In this document: piece by piece, positions 29,211-44,916 of the stretch
How positions within the stretch are numbered: position 1 is the stretch's first letter
Layout: each line of letters opens with the position of its first letter
NCBI RefSeq assembly: GCF_009914755.1
Contig: NC_060944.1
DNA from: the human T2T-CHM13v2.0 reference genome, Homo sapiens
DNA length: 64,000 nucleotides
Reading direction: 5' to 3' (one strand)
Notes under the pieces: generated by a model
What the model was told of the DNA's origin: nothing
Databases searched by the model: none
The model's input: the letters and a program-made list of their open reading frames with translations, nothing else
Made by a program: the position numbers and the translations under genes

Positions 29211-30954
29211 TAGTAATCAATCTGTATATCCTCACAACTCATTCCCCAAAGCAGAACCGCCAAATGGCCTTACCTTCAAAGTGAAACTCCACCCTTCCAC
29301 AGAAATGTCCTCTAATCAGTGCGTCACCCACCACTTCTGTGCCGGTGTCTGTGCAACCCTGCGATTGTCCTGGTACTCAGCATGAGACGCTCTCAGGTGC
29401 TGAAGGAATTTCAGCTTTTATAACCCACACAGGCTGGCCAAAATTGTATAACCGCACCACCTCATTAGAAATGCTATTTGTGTTACACAACAGCCACCAC
29501 CCGGTTACAAACAGTTACTGCATGCCTCTATTATGGTTTCCTTAACATCAATCTGTAGCAGGTTTCTCCATGGCAGGCTGGATAGTCTATTGTAGAAACC
29601 AAGCAGCTGCTGAGAATACGTCTCAAACCTGCACTAAGAAGGAAAATTAAAACCTATCTTTGTAAACCCTTCAGTTCAGATGAATAAGTCCACCCATGCT
29701 GCTTCCAGCTCAGTGAAAAGGGAGATTAATTTTACTACCTGGTAAGTTTCCATTTCCCCAATCAGGGCCCAAAGACAATTGTTTTCAAAGCTCAAAAAAT
29801 TTCAGATCTCAAGGTAGGAGTTCATCATTAAAAGGTAGGCAAAGCCAACAAGTAACTGTCACATTGGAGAGCTGACTGCTGGGGTCCAGTTCAACGTGGC
29901 ATCCAGCAGGCAGGTCTCCACTGATTCCTACTGAACAGTGGAAGTACCCATGAAGACACAAAAGTGATGCATGCACACTGACAGTCTGACATCAGGACTA
30001 GGAAAGAAGTCACACCTGTGGCCAGACTTTGCCCTTCCCAGTCCTGACTCCAAGCCAGGGCCTACCAGGAACCTGGGCAGTGGGCACCCTCTGCCCTGTG
30101 GAATATGCAAATACCTGCCTCCATCTCCCTAACACCAGACTGCCCTTCCCAAATCCAGAAAGGGAACTCGAGGCTCAGATGACAAACAGCCAGGCAGAAG
30201 AGGCATCGACCATCAGCAAGGGACATCTTAGAAGATGGGAGTCCCTGAGATAAAGACAGAAAAAGAACCAGGACAATTCCTGGAGAAAAGCAGCTGTAAG
30301 TATTCCTCATTCACAGAAACTTTGAGGAGCTCAGCAGTGGGATAAGAGGATGACACCACCTGACCAGAAGTGACACCTTAGCAGAAACTGGGGAGAAGGT
30401 TGGGAGCCAGGTGCTTCAACTGCTCAGGGCAGGAGACCCACCACCACAAGCGCCCAGAACACAGGTCCGCACATGACACATCCAACCCATCAGGTCAACA
30501 CGCCTAGGGGAGCCAAGAACGGTATTCAGGACATGCTGTGAAGACTCTAACATCAGAGAAGATTTGTTGCAGGAGCCAAAAGAAAATTTAAAACAAAAAC
30601 AAAAACCCACAGTTGGAATAAAGGAAGAAAAACATTTTTTAAGTTGGTATTTTTTTAAAAGAGGAAACAAGATTGACAATTATATGGAGAAAATGGATCA
30701 AAAACAAGACGCTGAGGTGGGGAAGAACAGTAGGGAAATGAAGAACCAGCACTAACTCAGAAGTAAGCCAGAGAAATGGCATCACAAAAGACTGAAACGG
30801 AGGTGGGTGACAGACCTGAGAAACTCTGAGAGACAAGGAAAACTACAGAAAGGCTAAGGCTATTCCGAGACAGAGCTGGGCAGGAAAAAGCAAAGAACAA
30901 GGCCAAGCTGTGACTCATCAGTGCCTCTCAAGCAGACTTAGAAACAAAAGGGGC

Positions 30955-31240
30955 AATGAAGCCAGCTATGCTGTATGATTCCATTTACACAAAACATCCA
31001 GAGTAGGCAAATCCAGAGGCAGAAAGTTCATCGATGATTGCCTGGGGCTGGGGTGGGGATGGGAGTGACTATTCATGGGTTTTAGGATTCTCTGCAGGAT
31101 GAAAAAAAGTGCTAAAATTGTATTGTGGTGATGGCTGTACAGCTTTGTGAATAACAGTATACTAAAAACCACTAAATTGTATATTTTAAGATGATGACTA
31201 TCATGATGTGTAATACACCTCAATAAAACTTTTTCAAAAA
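30955..31240 (+). mobile_element. L1MB/MC 3' end with AATAAA
   Basis: ctgtatgattccatttacacaaaacatccagagtaggcaaatcc...cctcaataaaac. Confidence 0.85.
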
Positions 31241-31249
31241 GAACAAATG

Positions 31250-31621
<372 letters not shown>

Positions 31622-32171
31622 TTAAGAAAAATCTGAGTAAAGGGACTAAAAGGGCATTCTAGGTTCATGCAAAATCATATACTTGGACACATCCTAGCAA
31701 AATAATTTAACCACAGGATGAAAGAATCGTAGACACATCCAGGGAGGAGAAAATGTTTGGTTTGCTTAAGTGTTAGCTTGAATTAAGCTTAGCACCTGGG
31801 TTGTCCACAGCAGTATTAAATGTCAGAAGACAATAACACAAACACAAACTGAGGGAAAGGTCTTAACAAGGAATTTTATACCCAGATAAGGTGCCCTTCA
31901 TGTGTGAAAGCCAAACAAGATAGTTTTAGATGTGCATGAGCTCAAAAGAAAAGGAGGGAAAGAAAGCCTGAAGCTATATTCCAACCAGGTTGGAATATAG
32001 AAGTGGAATTCACAGAGGCCACTAACTAGTATACAAGACTGCTAAGCATGGATGCTAAAACCATCAAGATAGGGACAAAGCTAAATAATGAGTGTAAACC
32101 TGGTTATAAAACGCAATGCATAAGCCACATTGCTCTCTAAACATATGCTATATAAGAAATGTAATTAAATA

Positions 32172-32453
32172 GGCCAGGCGCAGTGGCTCACACCTGTAAT
32201 CGCAGCACTTTGGGAGGCCAAGGCAGGTGGATCACGAGGTCAGGAGTTCAAGACCAGCCTGATCAACATGGTGAAACTCCATCTCTACTAAAAATACAAA
32301 AATTAGCCAGGCGTGGTGGCATGTACCTGTAATCCCAGCTACTCAGGAGGCTGAGGCAGGAGAATTGCTTGAACCCGGGAGGCGAAGGTTGCAGGGAGCC
32401 GAAATTGTGCCACTGCACTCCAACCTGGGTGATAGAACGAGACTCAAAAAAAA
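32172..32453 (+). mobile_element. Alu (AluSg-like)
   Basis: Full dimer, short tail. Confidence 0.95.
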
Positions 32454-32768
<315 letters not shown>

Positions 32769-33035
32769 AAGAAATGTAATTAAATAAAGCAGACAGAAAA
32801 GATTACATTAATAAAGACTGAAAACAGAGAGTAAGAAGATGCTAAAGCCCTTCTCCCAAACAGAAAGAATCATAGGCCTTAACTATGACAATTAGAGAAA
32901 CGAGGTTTTTTTTTATGTTTTTCACTTAAAACCACTATTAGAATTTGAAACAGAATACAGACTAAAACACAGCTAGACCTGTGAGTTAAACCCATTTAAT
33001 TAAAAATACTCAGATTGCATCAAAAAATAAATGCC

Positions 33036-33340
<305 letters not shown>

Positions 33341-33843
33341 AAATGCCAACCCCCAAGATAGACCTTAAAGTGAAAAAAAGTAACACTAATGCTGCCTTAT
33401 TATTTTTTAAATGTCAGACACAGTGGAATTCATGCCAAAAAGTATTAAGCAGGAGAAAGGATGTCATTTTACATTGCTAAAGGATAAAATTCACAAGAAG
33501 AATATGATGTCAGTCTTTACATTCTGAACATTCTTTCACTGAAATAAAGCCCATAATGGCTAGAAATAGAGAAGAAATGACCAACACTTCATAAACATAT
33601 CTCTCTCCAAGAAGATAGGGGTAGGGAGGATATACAAGCATAGGCCCCATGTCCATATTAATTTTATTTTGTATTGATCACAGAATCTGACCAATAAAAT
33701 GAATAAGGCTAATATAATAGATATCAAACTTTGCACCCCATAGAAAATAGCTTCATTTTCAATGGCTAAAGAGCATTTATGAAAAGTCACCATCTATCAT
33801 GCCACAAGGAAAATTTCAAACCCCATGAAAAAAGGAACATTTC

Positions 33844-34165
33844 AGCTGGGTGCAGTGGCTCATGCCTGTAATCCCAGCACTTTAGGAGGCCAAGGCAGGT
33901 GGATCACCTGAGGTAAGGAGTTTGAGACCAGCCTGGCCAACATGGTGAAATCCCGTCTCTACTAAAAATACAAACAATTAGCCACGCGTGGTGGCGGGCG
34001 CCTGTAGTCCCAGCTACTCGGTAAGCTGAGGCAGGAGAATTGCTTGAACCTAGGAGGTGGAGGTTGCAGTTGAGCCGAGATTGTGCCATTGCACTCCAGC
34101 CTGGGTGACAGAGCAAGACTCCATCACAAAAAAAAAAAAAAAAAAGAAAGAAAGAAAGAAAGAAA
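33844..34165 (+). mobile_element. Alu (AluSx-like) with (AAAG)n tail
   Basis: Full dimer. Confidence 0.95.
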
Positions 34166-34399
34166 CCAAAAAGGCATAAAACTCAGTGTCAATTTTTGAA
34201 TAAAACTCTTAGCACATTACACATGTTAAGAAAAAAGTCCTCGAAAAGAACCCTGATCTCATACCAAAGGCAATGAGATACATAACCTGAATGACACCCA
34301 GAGGGGTGCCCTTTAAAGACAGAAACAGGAGTCTGGTGGGTGCCATTATAGAAGACTGTTCCGGAAGTTCTAGCCAGGACAATAAGAAAAAGATTTTGT

Positions 34400-34700
34400 T
34401 TGAGCACGGTGGCTCAGGTCTGTAATTTCATTGTTTTGGGAGGCCAGAAGGATCACTTCAGGCCAGTTCAAGACCAGCCAGGGCAACGTAACAAGACCTA
34501 CTCTCTATTTAAAAAAAAAATTATTTTTTTAATTAGCTGGACATGGTGGTGCATGCCTGTGGTCCCAGCTACTGGGAAGGCTGAGGTAGGAGGACTGGCT
34601 TGACTCCATGAGTTTGAGGCTGCAGTGAACAATGACTACATCTCTGCAATCCAGCCTGGGCAACAGAGTTAAGACCCTATCTCTAAAAAGAAGAAAAAAG
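34400..34700 (+). mobile_element. Alu (AluJ-like)
   Basis: Diverged dimer. Confidence 0.92.
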
Positions 34701-34782
34701 AATTTGAAAGCTCAAATAATGGAAAAGGGAAAGCAAAATAATTATTTATAGGTAATGCATCTGTCTACCCAGAAAATGAGTT

Positions 34783-34785
<3 letters not shown>

Positions 34786-34825
<40 letters not shown>
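34786..34825. repeat. (AC)20 microsatellite
   Basis: Direct count. Confidence 0.97.
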
Positions 34826-34828
<3 letters not shown>

Positions 34829-34933
34829 AGAATAAGATACTTCAGAAAGATAGTAAGTTATAAAATGAATATACAAAAAATTCCCATACATGAGCACTAA
34901 CTCGTGATTCCCCTCTCTTTAAAGTACCGTATA

Positions 34934-35220
34934 GGTTGGGTGCGATGGCTCATGCCTGTAATCCTAGCACTTTGGGAGGCCAAGGTAGGAGTAACACTTG
35001 ACCTCAGGGGCTCGAGACCAGCCTGGGAAACATAGTGAAGCCCTGTCTCTACAAAAAATACAAAAAAATTAGCCGGGTATGGGGGCAGTGCCTTTAGTCC
35101 TAGCTACTTGAAGGGTTGAGGTGGGAGGATCGCTTGAGCGTGGAGGTCGAGGCTGTAGTGAACAGAGATGGGGCCGCTGTACTCCAGCCTGGGTAACAAT
35201 GTGAGATTCTGTCTGAAAAA
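34934..35220 (+). mobile_element. Alu (AluJ-like)
   Basis: Dimer; aaagtac(c/t)gtata duplication. Confidence 0.93.
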
Positions 35221-36039
35221 TAATTTTTTTTTTTAAAAAAGTACTGTATATATACATGTGCGATTGAGCTTTAAAAAAAAAAATGGCTATGCACCAAGCA
35301 GCTTATGGTGGTAATCTCTATAATATAGGGGTTACGGGTGTTTCTTTTTGTGTTTATCTGCATTCTTAAAATTTTAGTTATATCCCTCTCCTTATATTAG
35401 GAGGAAAAATTATCAATAGCTCAATTCTTAGTATGTATGTATGGTTAGAAAACTCAGGGCAGAAAATAGGGCAAAACAACTAAAATGCTAAATATGGACA
35501 AATACAAGAAAAAAACTTTTAATTCTTCAGAAATAATTTTGCATTTGAAAATATCTAATCTGATTAACATAATCTCTGATTTGTTTTCCTTTTATGAATA
35601 AAATCTAAAATGTGTTTTTCTTTTAATTCCACATTTGGAATCATCATTTCTGTCTTTCCAGATAAATGTTAGATATTGACATTTCTGTGCCCCTGCTGTT
35701 GTAAAACTGAGTAAAACAACAAAAGAGATTCAAGATTATCAGCTAGACAAAACCTACTTTGACTCTGTAATAAGACAAGGGGGCAGATGCTAGAAATGCT
35801 AAAAGCAAATGCATTAACAGCACCCTCTAGTGTTACGAAATCTAATGGCACTTGGTAGAAGAAACCTAAATGTAAGATTTTTAAAAACTTCTTCTGGAAA
35901 ATTTCAAACATACAGAAAAGTAGACAAAATGAAAACACATTTTCATTTCATATTCAATTTGCTTCCAATTACTGACTGTTCTTACTCTTGTAGCAACTTT
36001 TATATTTCATTAAGAGGTGTCAGAGGCAACCAGGTATCT

Positions 36040-36594
<555 letters not shown>

Positions 36595-36600
36595 TAAGAA

Positions 36601-36900
36601 GCCAAGCATAGTGGCTTATGCTTATAATCCCAGTGCTTTGGGGGGCTTGAGTCAGGAGGGTCACTTGAGGATAGGAGTTTGAGACCATCCTGGACAACAC
36701 AGCAAGACTCCCATCTGTACAAAAAAATTTTTTTTCTAATTACCTGGGCATGGTGAGGTGTGCCTGTTATCCCAGCTACTCAGTAGGCTGAGGCAGGAGG
36801 ATGGGTTGAACCTAGGAGTTCAACGTTCAGTGAACTATGATCATGACACTGCACTCAAGCCTGGATGACAGAGCGACACTATCTCTAAAAATTAATTTTA
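36601..36900 (+). mobile_element. Alu (AluJ-like) with TSD aagaatcaatactcta
   Basis: Dimer with TSD. Confidence 0.94.
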
Positions 36901-37002
36901 AAAATAAGAATCAATACTCTAGAAATTTTAAAGAGGGGGATAGATTATGTGAGGAAAAAACTTTGATGGTCTTATCCCAGCATGTCAGAGCAGCTAAAAC
37001 TA

Positions 37003-37495
<493 letters not shown>

Positions 37496-37978
37496 TCAAA
37501 GCAAATCCACTGTGAAGACTGTCTGCACCCTTCCAGCTCAAGACTCACATTACAGTGTGTCCTAGTTAGCAGGCTGCAGTAGAAGGGTTAGTGGTAAAGC
37601 ATCACTGCACTGGCATCCGTGCCCCTCACTGGAGACCATGCATGGTGCAGTATGTGCAGGAAAGTCATTAACCAGTGAGCCGAAAATGCCTCTGTAAAAT
37701 AAGATTGCTGCCCTACTCCTGTAGTTTCTGCACTTCTCTTTTTAGTACTGGAATGAGTATTCTCAGATTAAATCTTATTTAAAGCCTAGAGGGGAGGGGG
37801 AGAAATCACACCAGTAGGTGGATGGCATCATTAAAATGGAGGTTTAACATTCTTCACTATAAAGTTTTAACATACATTTTCCAGAAATAAAATAGTCCAA
37901 CTAGTAAATGAAAAATTCTATGTATTTCTTAGCAACAAAATACATTTATCTAATTTTCTAGCAGTAGCTGCAAATGTT

Positions 37979-38155
37979 TATTTATCTTTTTTTTTTGAGA
38001 CCGGGTTATGAGACTGGCTAATTTTTGTATTTTTGGTAGAGATGAGGTTTTACCATGATGCCAAGGTTGGTCTCAAACTCCTGAGCTCAAGCAATCGACC
38101 TGCCTCGGCCTCCCAAATTGCTGGGATTATAGGTGTGAGCCACCGCGCCTGGCTG
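37979..38155 (-). mobile_element. Short Alu monomer (left arm + linker + non-standard 3' end) with 16-bp TSD
   Basis: TSD agtagctgcaaatgtt at 37963-37978 and 38156-38171. Confidence 0.9.
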
Positions 38156-38355
38156 AGTAGCTGCAAATGTTACGCTGTACTATACCATCTCTTTACTATT
38201 TGGTTACCCTAACACAATGCTCTGATTTTGAATTAAAGAGAAAGAAAAAAAGATCATCCAAGAGCAAGAAGGGCAAAAATCAATTACTTTAAATAACTTT
38301 AAAATACAATTTGATTTTTAAGTTTCATTCTTTGGATTAAAAAGCTGTATGAAAG

Positions 38356-38676
<321 letters not shown>

Positions 38677-38817
38677 CTATTAAAATGGCTAGAACAAAAA
38701 CAGACAATACCAAGTGCTGACAAGTTACTGGAACTCTCATACTCTTGGGTGGGTATGCAAAATGGTACAACTACTTTGGAAAAACCATTTGGTCATTTCT
38801 TATCAAGTTAAACATAA

Positions 38818-39215
<398 letters not shown>

Positions 39216-39520
39216 ATTTTTATTTTTAGACACAGGGTCTCTCTCTGTCACGTAGGCAGGATTACAGTGGCAGGCTCATAGCTCATTGCAGCATCAAACT
39301 CCTGAGCTCAAGCAATCCTCCCACCTCAGCCTCATAAGTAGAGAGAACTACAGATGTGTACTGCCATACTCAGCTAATTATTTTTTATTGTCATTGTTTT
39401 TGTAGAGATGAGGTCTCGCTATGTTGCCCAGGCTGGTCTCAAACTCCTGAGCTCAAGAGATTCTCCCACCTCAGCCTCCCAAAGTGCTGGGATTACAACT
39501 GTGAGCTATCATACCTGGCC
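39216..39520 (-). mobile_element. Alu (AluJ-like)
   Basis: Reverse dimer in tandem with previous. Confidence 0.93.
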
Positions 39521-40019
39521 TCTAGCGGCTTTATTTATAATAGCCAAAACCTGGAAACAACATTCACCTTTAACTAGTAAACATCAACTAGTGAATATCC
39601 ACAAACCACATGGCCTATCTCTATTAAAACACAATTATCATTTCACATTCATCAGATAAGGCTAGAATAAGAGTTTAGTAATATGAAGTATTGGCAAGAC
39701 TGTGAATAAACAGGAATTCCTGTATCTTGTTGACAGAGAAGAAAATTGGTTCAAATACTTGGGAGAACCACTGCTAATATTTAGTTGGTTGAAACTGTGT
39801 ATGCACTATGATCCAGCAAGGCCAGTTAGCATACTTCACCCCAGAGAAACCCACCCAGATGAAGACAGTCATTCTGTTCATTATGCTATGTCAAGAGGAG
39901 AATATCTAAGTTATGCTATGCTTAATCAATGAAATAAAATACTGTAGTTAAAATAAACGAACTCTAGCTACTTGGACCAACATTTGGGAACATTTTCCAG
40001 AGTGATTAAGTAGGTTGTA

Positions 40020-40044
40020 GCGCACGCGCACACGCACACACACA
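40020..40044. repeat. Alternating purine-pyrimidine (CG/CA)n tract
   Basis: gcgcacgcgcacacgcacacacaca. Confidence 0.85.
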
Positions 40045-40516
40045 AGATCTACTATTTAAGGTTTTAAATCACGCAATCATTATTATATGTTGGTTTGTGA
40101 ATATATAAGCATGTAACACAAAAGTAAAGACACGGACTGTAAAGGTACCTCTGGGAAGAAGAGAAAGAGGGAGATGAGGCTAGCAGAGAGGACAAACCAG
40201 GTATCTGAAATGTTTCAATTTCCTTAAAAAGCAAAAACAAAATACCTGAAGCAAAAATGACATGTTTAGATTTATTAGGTCTGGGTATCTAGCAGGTAAG
40301 TTTTCATTCTTTAGTTTTCTTTATATTTGAAATGTCACAATTAAAAGCAAATGTTTAACCAAAGACTATCTATCTTTAAAAGGATATACAGTCTGAACAC
40401 ACAAAAACTGGTAAAAGTGGCTGCCTCCAGAGATGGAAACTGGGACAAGGACCAGACAGGAAGGAGGCTTATTCTCCCTGCCTGGCCTGTCCTCATGCAC
40501 ATTCTGATTACACATC

Positions 40517-40836
<320 letters not shown>

Positions 40837-40883
40837 TTACGCCCTCTTTATCTCCAATCCCCCAGAGTGGGGCCTATCTAAAG

Positions 40884-41055
40884 CAAGCTTGTCCAGCTCT
40901 CGGCCCAGGACAGCTGTGAATGCAGCCCAACACAAATTCGTAACTTTCTTAAAACATTTGAGATTTTTTGCGATTTTTTTTAAGCTCATCAGCTATCATT
41001 AGTGATAGAGTATTTTATGTGTGGCCCAGGGAAGCCAAAAGATTGGACACCCTTG
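40884..41055 (-). mobile_element. MER30 (hAT-Charlie) with perfect 8-bp TSD atctaaag
   Basis: caagcttgtcca...gggaagccaaaagattggacacccttg; TSD 40876-40883 and 41056-41063. Confidence 0.93.
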
Positions 41056-42143
41056 ATCTAAAGTATTTTTATTTCAGATAAGGACAGGCCACTGAACACA
41101 TGACTGAGATTCCAGCCCTGACTGTGCCATTAATGATGGGAGGAGATTTAATTTTGGGGATGATTTAACCCCCTCCAAGTATCACATCACTTCTAAAATA
41201 TTGTCTTTTATGAAAACACAAACATATCCCCCTCAGCCAGAGAATCTCTAACTAAGCCACAGGGAGCGAAAAGCAGTTCTCATATAACCCTGATAGGAAA
41301 ACTTTTGGAATTTGTTCGGACAGTTCCACACAGACCATCTGCAGTGATTGCCTCATAGCCTCTGTGGGTAGAGATGTACGTAGACAGTTGCCCTTATGCA
41401 AGGCAGCATGAGGTGAGAGAAGGGCAGGAAGTTGGGGGAGTGCTTATCTGATCACTTGTTTTCTTAATGAACTAAGAAGCAGAGGTCATGGCTGAGAGTA
41501 AAAAGGCTGGGAATGGGATTGGACAGAAGTGACTATGGAAGAAGAAAAACGATGAGAAAAATGATATTATTTTAAAAAAAAAAATCAAAGTCCAGCTGAG
41601 CCCAGAACTCATAATATGAAATAGAGAAAGTCACCTTGTTATCTGGTTTCTCTCCAGCAGAGTTCAACCACCCCCGCCCCAAAAAAACAGAATAGTTAAG
41701 ACCAGGGCACTGAGGGAGCTTGACAAGTTCTGGAGACAGCTCAGAGAGGGAGGAGACCATGTTAGTAAGATGGCAGCCACGTGATTTCCTGTGGCGTCCA
41801 TAGCAGGTAAAAAGGACTGGGGAGGCAAGAGGAAGCCAGAGAGCACCACAGAGCTGGAGCACCAGGACCAATGAAGGGGAGGAATGAGAGCTAGGGAGGA
41901 CAGGGTGTGTAGACACACTCCCAGCTCAGGATCCCAAAGTGCTGTCTGGGAGACGACTGGGCCTTGGAGAGCTGATATAAACTGGAAGTAAAACTACCTG
42001 CAAAAGGTAAAAGGTCAGTGAGGTCCCGTGGCCGGATAAGCCAATGACTGAGAGATGATGCTAGAAGACACAGTGGAAAGAAATGTGGCAGGCCAGGAGC
42101 CAACATTCAAGGGGCATAAAGAAAGGTCAAGAAGTTGCTAGAT

Positions 42144-42430
42144 GGCCTGGCGCAGTGGTTCACACCTGTAATCCCAGCACTTTGGGAGGTCGAGGCAATG
42201 GATCACCTGAGGTCAGGAGTTCGAGATCAGCCTTGCCAACATGGTAAAACCCCATCTCTACTAAAAATACAAAATTAGCCGGGTGTGGTGGCATGCACCT
42301 GTAATCCCAGCTACTCAGGGGGCTGAGGCAGGAGAATCGCTTAGAACCAGGGAGGCGGAGGTTGCAAGTGAGCCAAGATAACGCCACTGCACTCCAGCCT
42401 GGGTGACAGAGCAAGACTATCTCAAAAAAA
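42144..42430 (+). mobile_element. Alu (AluSx-like)
   Basis: Full dimer; aagttgc(t/c)agat duplication. Confidence 0.95.
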
Positions 42431-42853
42431 GTTGCCAGATGATGGCAAAGAGGAAAAAGGCTTCAAAACTAACAGTGGTAGTTGAATTAAGGCTGGAGGA
42501 CACAGCCTGCTATTCCCTCTACCTGGAAATACTGCAACACCTGGAGAATGTAAATATCAATTCCTCAGCAAATCCTTTCCACATCTCCCAAAATCCAAAC
42601 CACTCACTTCACTCTTTGCTATTCTCCCAAAGCAAGGAGCACAATTCATGCCAAATGTCCTTCGTTATCCAAAGTTATGCTTTTCTCAAGTTCATGAAGC
42701 CAACCAGGGATCCACGTTTTCTGGGTCTATCCAGTTCCTAAATTGTGATCAGCAGAAAATAAGCGAAGGGTATATACCTAAAGATGTATCCAGCAAGCCA
42801 CCAAGTCAGGAAAGCAGGTGCTCTGGCATGCTGGCTTCAGGACCCCTTAGTCA

Positions 42854-43369
<516 letters not shown>

Positions 43370-43435
43370 TTAACATCCCGTTAACATGCAAGCACTTTGG
43401 ATATACTGCTAGTGGGAGTAATAATTGCCATTAAC

Positions 43436-43720
43436 TTATTTTTTTTTTTTTGAGATAGGGTCTCACTCTGTCGCCGAAGCTGGAGTGCAGTGGCACAATC
43501 ATGACTCACTGCAGCCTTGACCTTCCTGGGCTCAGGTGATCCTCCCACCTCAGCCTCCCAAGTAGCTGGGATTGTAGGCACATACTAATTTTTCTATTTT
43601 TGGTAGAGATGGGGTCTCCCCACGTTGCCCTGGCTGGTCTTGAACTCCTGGGCTCAAGCAATCCGCCCACATCAGCCTCCCAAAGTGCTGGGATTATAGG
43701 CGTGAACCACTGCACCCAGA
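43436..43720 (-). mobile_element. Alu (AluJ-like)
   Basis: Reverse dimer. Confidence 0.94.
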
Positions 43721-44109
43721 CATAACATTTTTAGATGGTAATTTAACATCACCAATCAAAGGCTCTAAAAATACACATAGCCTTTGACCTAACAATTTTA
43801 CTCTTAAGGAATTTATCCTAGCAAAATAATTAAAACAGGCTTAAATTTTTCATTTTGTGAGTGTTCATTAAAATAATGCTTAAGAGTAATCCAAAACCGG
43901 AGGGGAAAATATTAATGCCTAAAATAGAGGACTGGTTGGTACAATTGTGGGCACATTCTTATATGAGCATATTACAGAGATTAAAACATGGGTGACTGAC
44001 GTGGCAACGTAAGGAGTGCATTATTAAGCTGAGAAAAAGACAGGCTTACAAAACAAACCTGATAATCCCATTTCAGTGTGTGCACACATGCAGAAAATGA
44101 AGGGACACC

Positions 44110-44275
44110 AAAAAATTAGCCAGGTGTGGTAGCACACTCCTGCAGTCCCAGCTACTCAGGAGGCTGAGGCAGGAGGATCCCCTGCACCCGGGAGGTAGAG
44201 TTGCAGTGAGATCGCACCACTGCATCCCAGCCTGGGTGATGAGAGCAAGACTCTGTCTCAAAAAAAAAAAAAAGA
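44110..44275 (+). mobile_element. Alu right arm (FRAM or 5'-truncated Alu)
   Basis: aaaaattagccaggtgtggt...gactctgtctc + A tail. Confidence 0.9.
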
Positions 44276-44357
44276 AGAAAAGAAAAAAAGGAAGGAAGAG
44301 AAGAGTAGAAGAGAAGGGAAAAGAAGAAAAAAAAAAAGAAAGGAAAATGGAGGAAAA
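44260..44357 (+). repeat. Polypurine (A/G) tract
   Basis: Nearly pure A/G for ~100 nt. Confidence 0.85.
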
Positions 44358-44916
44358 CACCAAAATAGTACATGATTATCTCCAGATGATGGGATTATAT
44401 GTGGTTTTTTTTCCCCTTATTTTTCTACAGTGTACATATGTCACTTTCATAATTCTTAAAAGCTTGAGCCATTATCTAAGGACAACACTGAAATAAATAT
44501 ACAGGTAAGACAAACTAGAAGAGAAATTCTGGCAGTCAACACCAGTGCTGAGAAAAAACACCCTATTGATATAGTCAGTGTGCTCCCGGAGAGAGCGCTG
44601 GGAGGGCTAGAGTTTCCTGGTAACCAGGAGCCTAAATTTATCATTCCTAAGGGCTTGCTGATGGCACCTGAGTAACTTAGGAAACCAAAGGTGTGGTCAA
44701 AAGGTAAGCGCTCTTCATACTCGGTAAACCTACTGTGTTCAGGGGTTCCTGATTTTCCTTAAATCCTTTTTATTCTTGGATCTCAACTCTTCCAAGGGCT
44801 GTCTTTATCTAACATTAGTTACTATACTTCTTCACATTTCCTAGATCTTCTTTATTTGAAAAAGAAATGAGACTCATTCATTGCAACCAAACTTTAACTT
44901 GTCAAAATTATAAACT

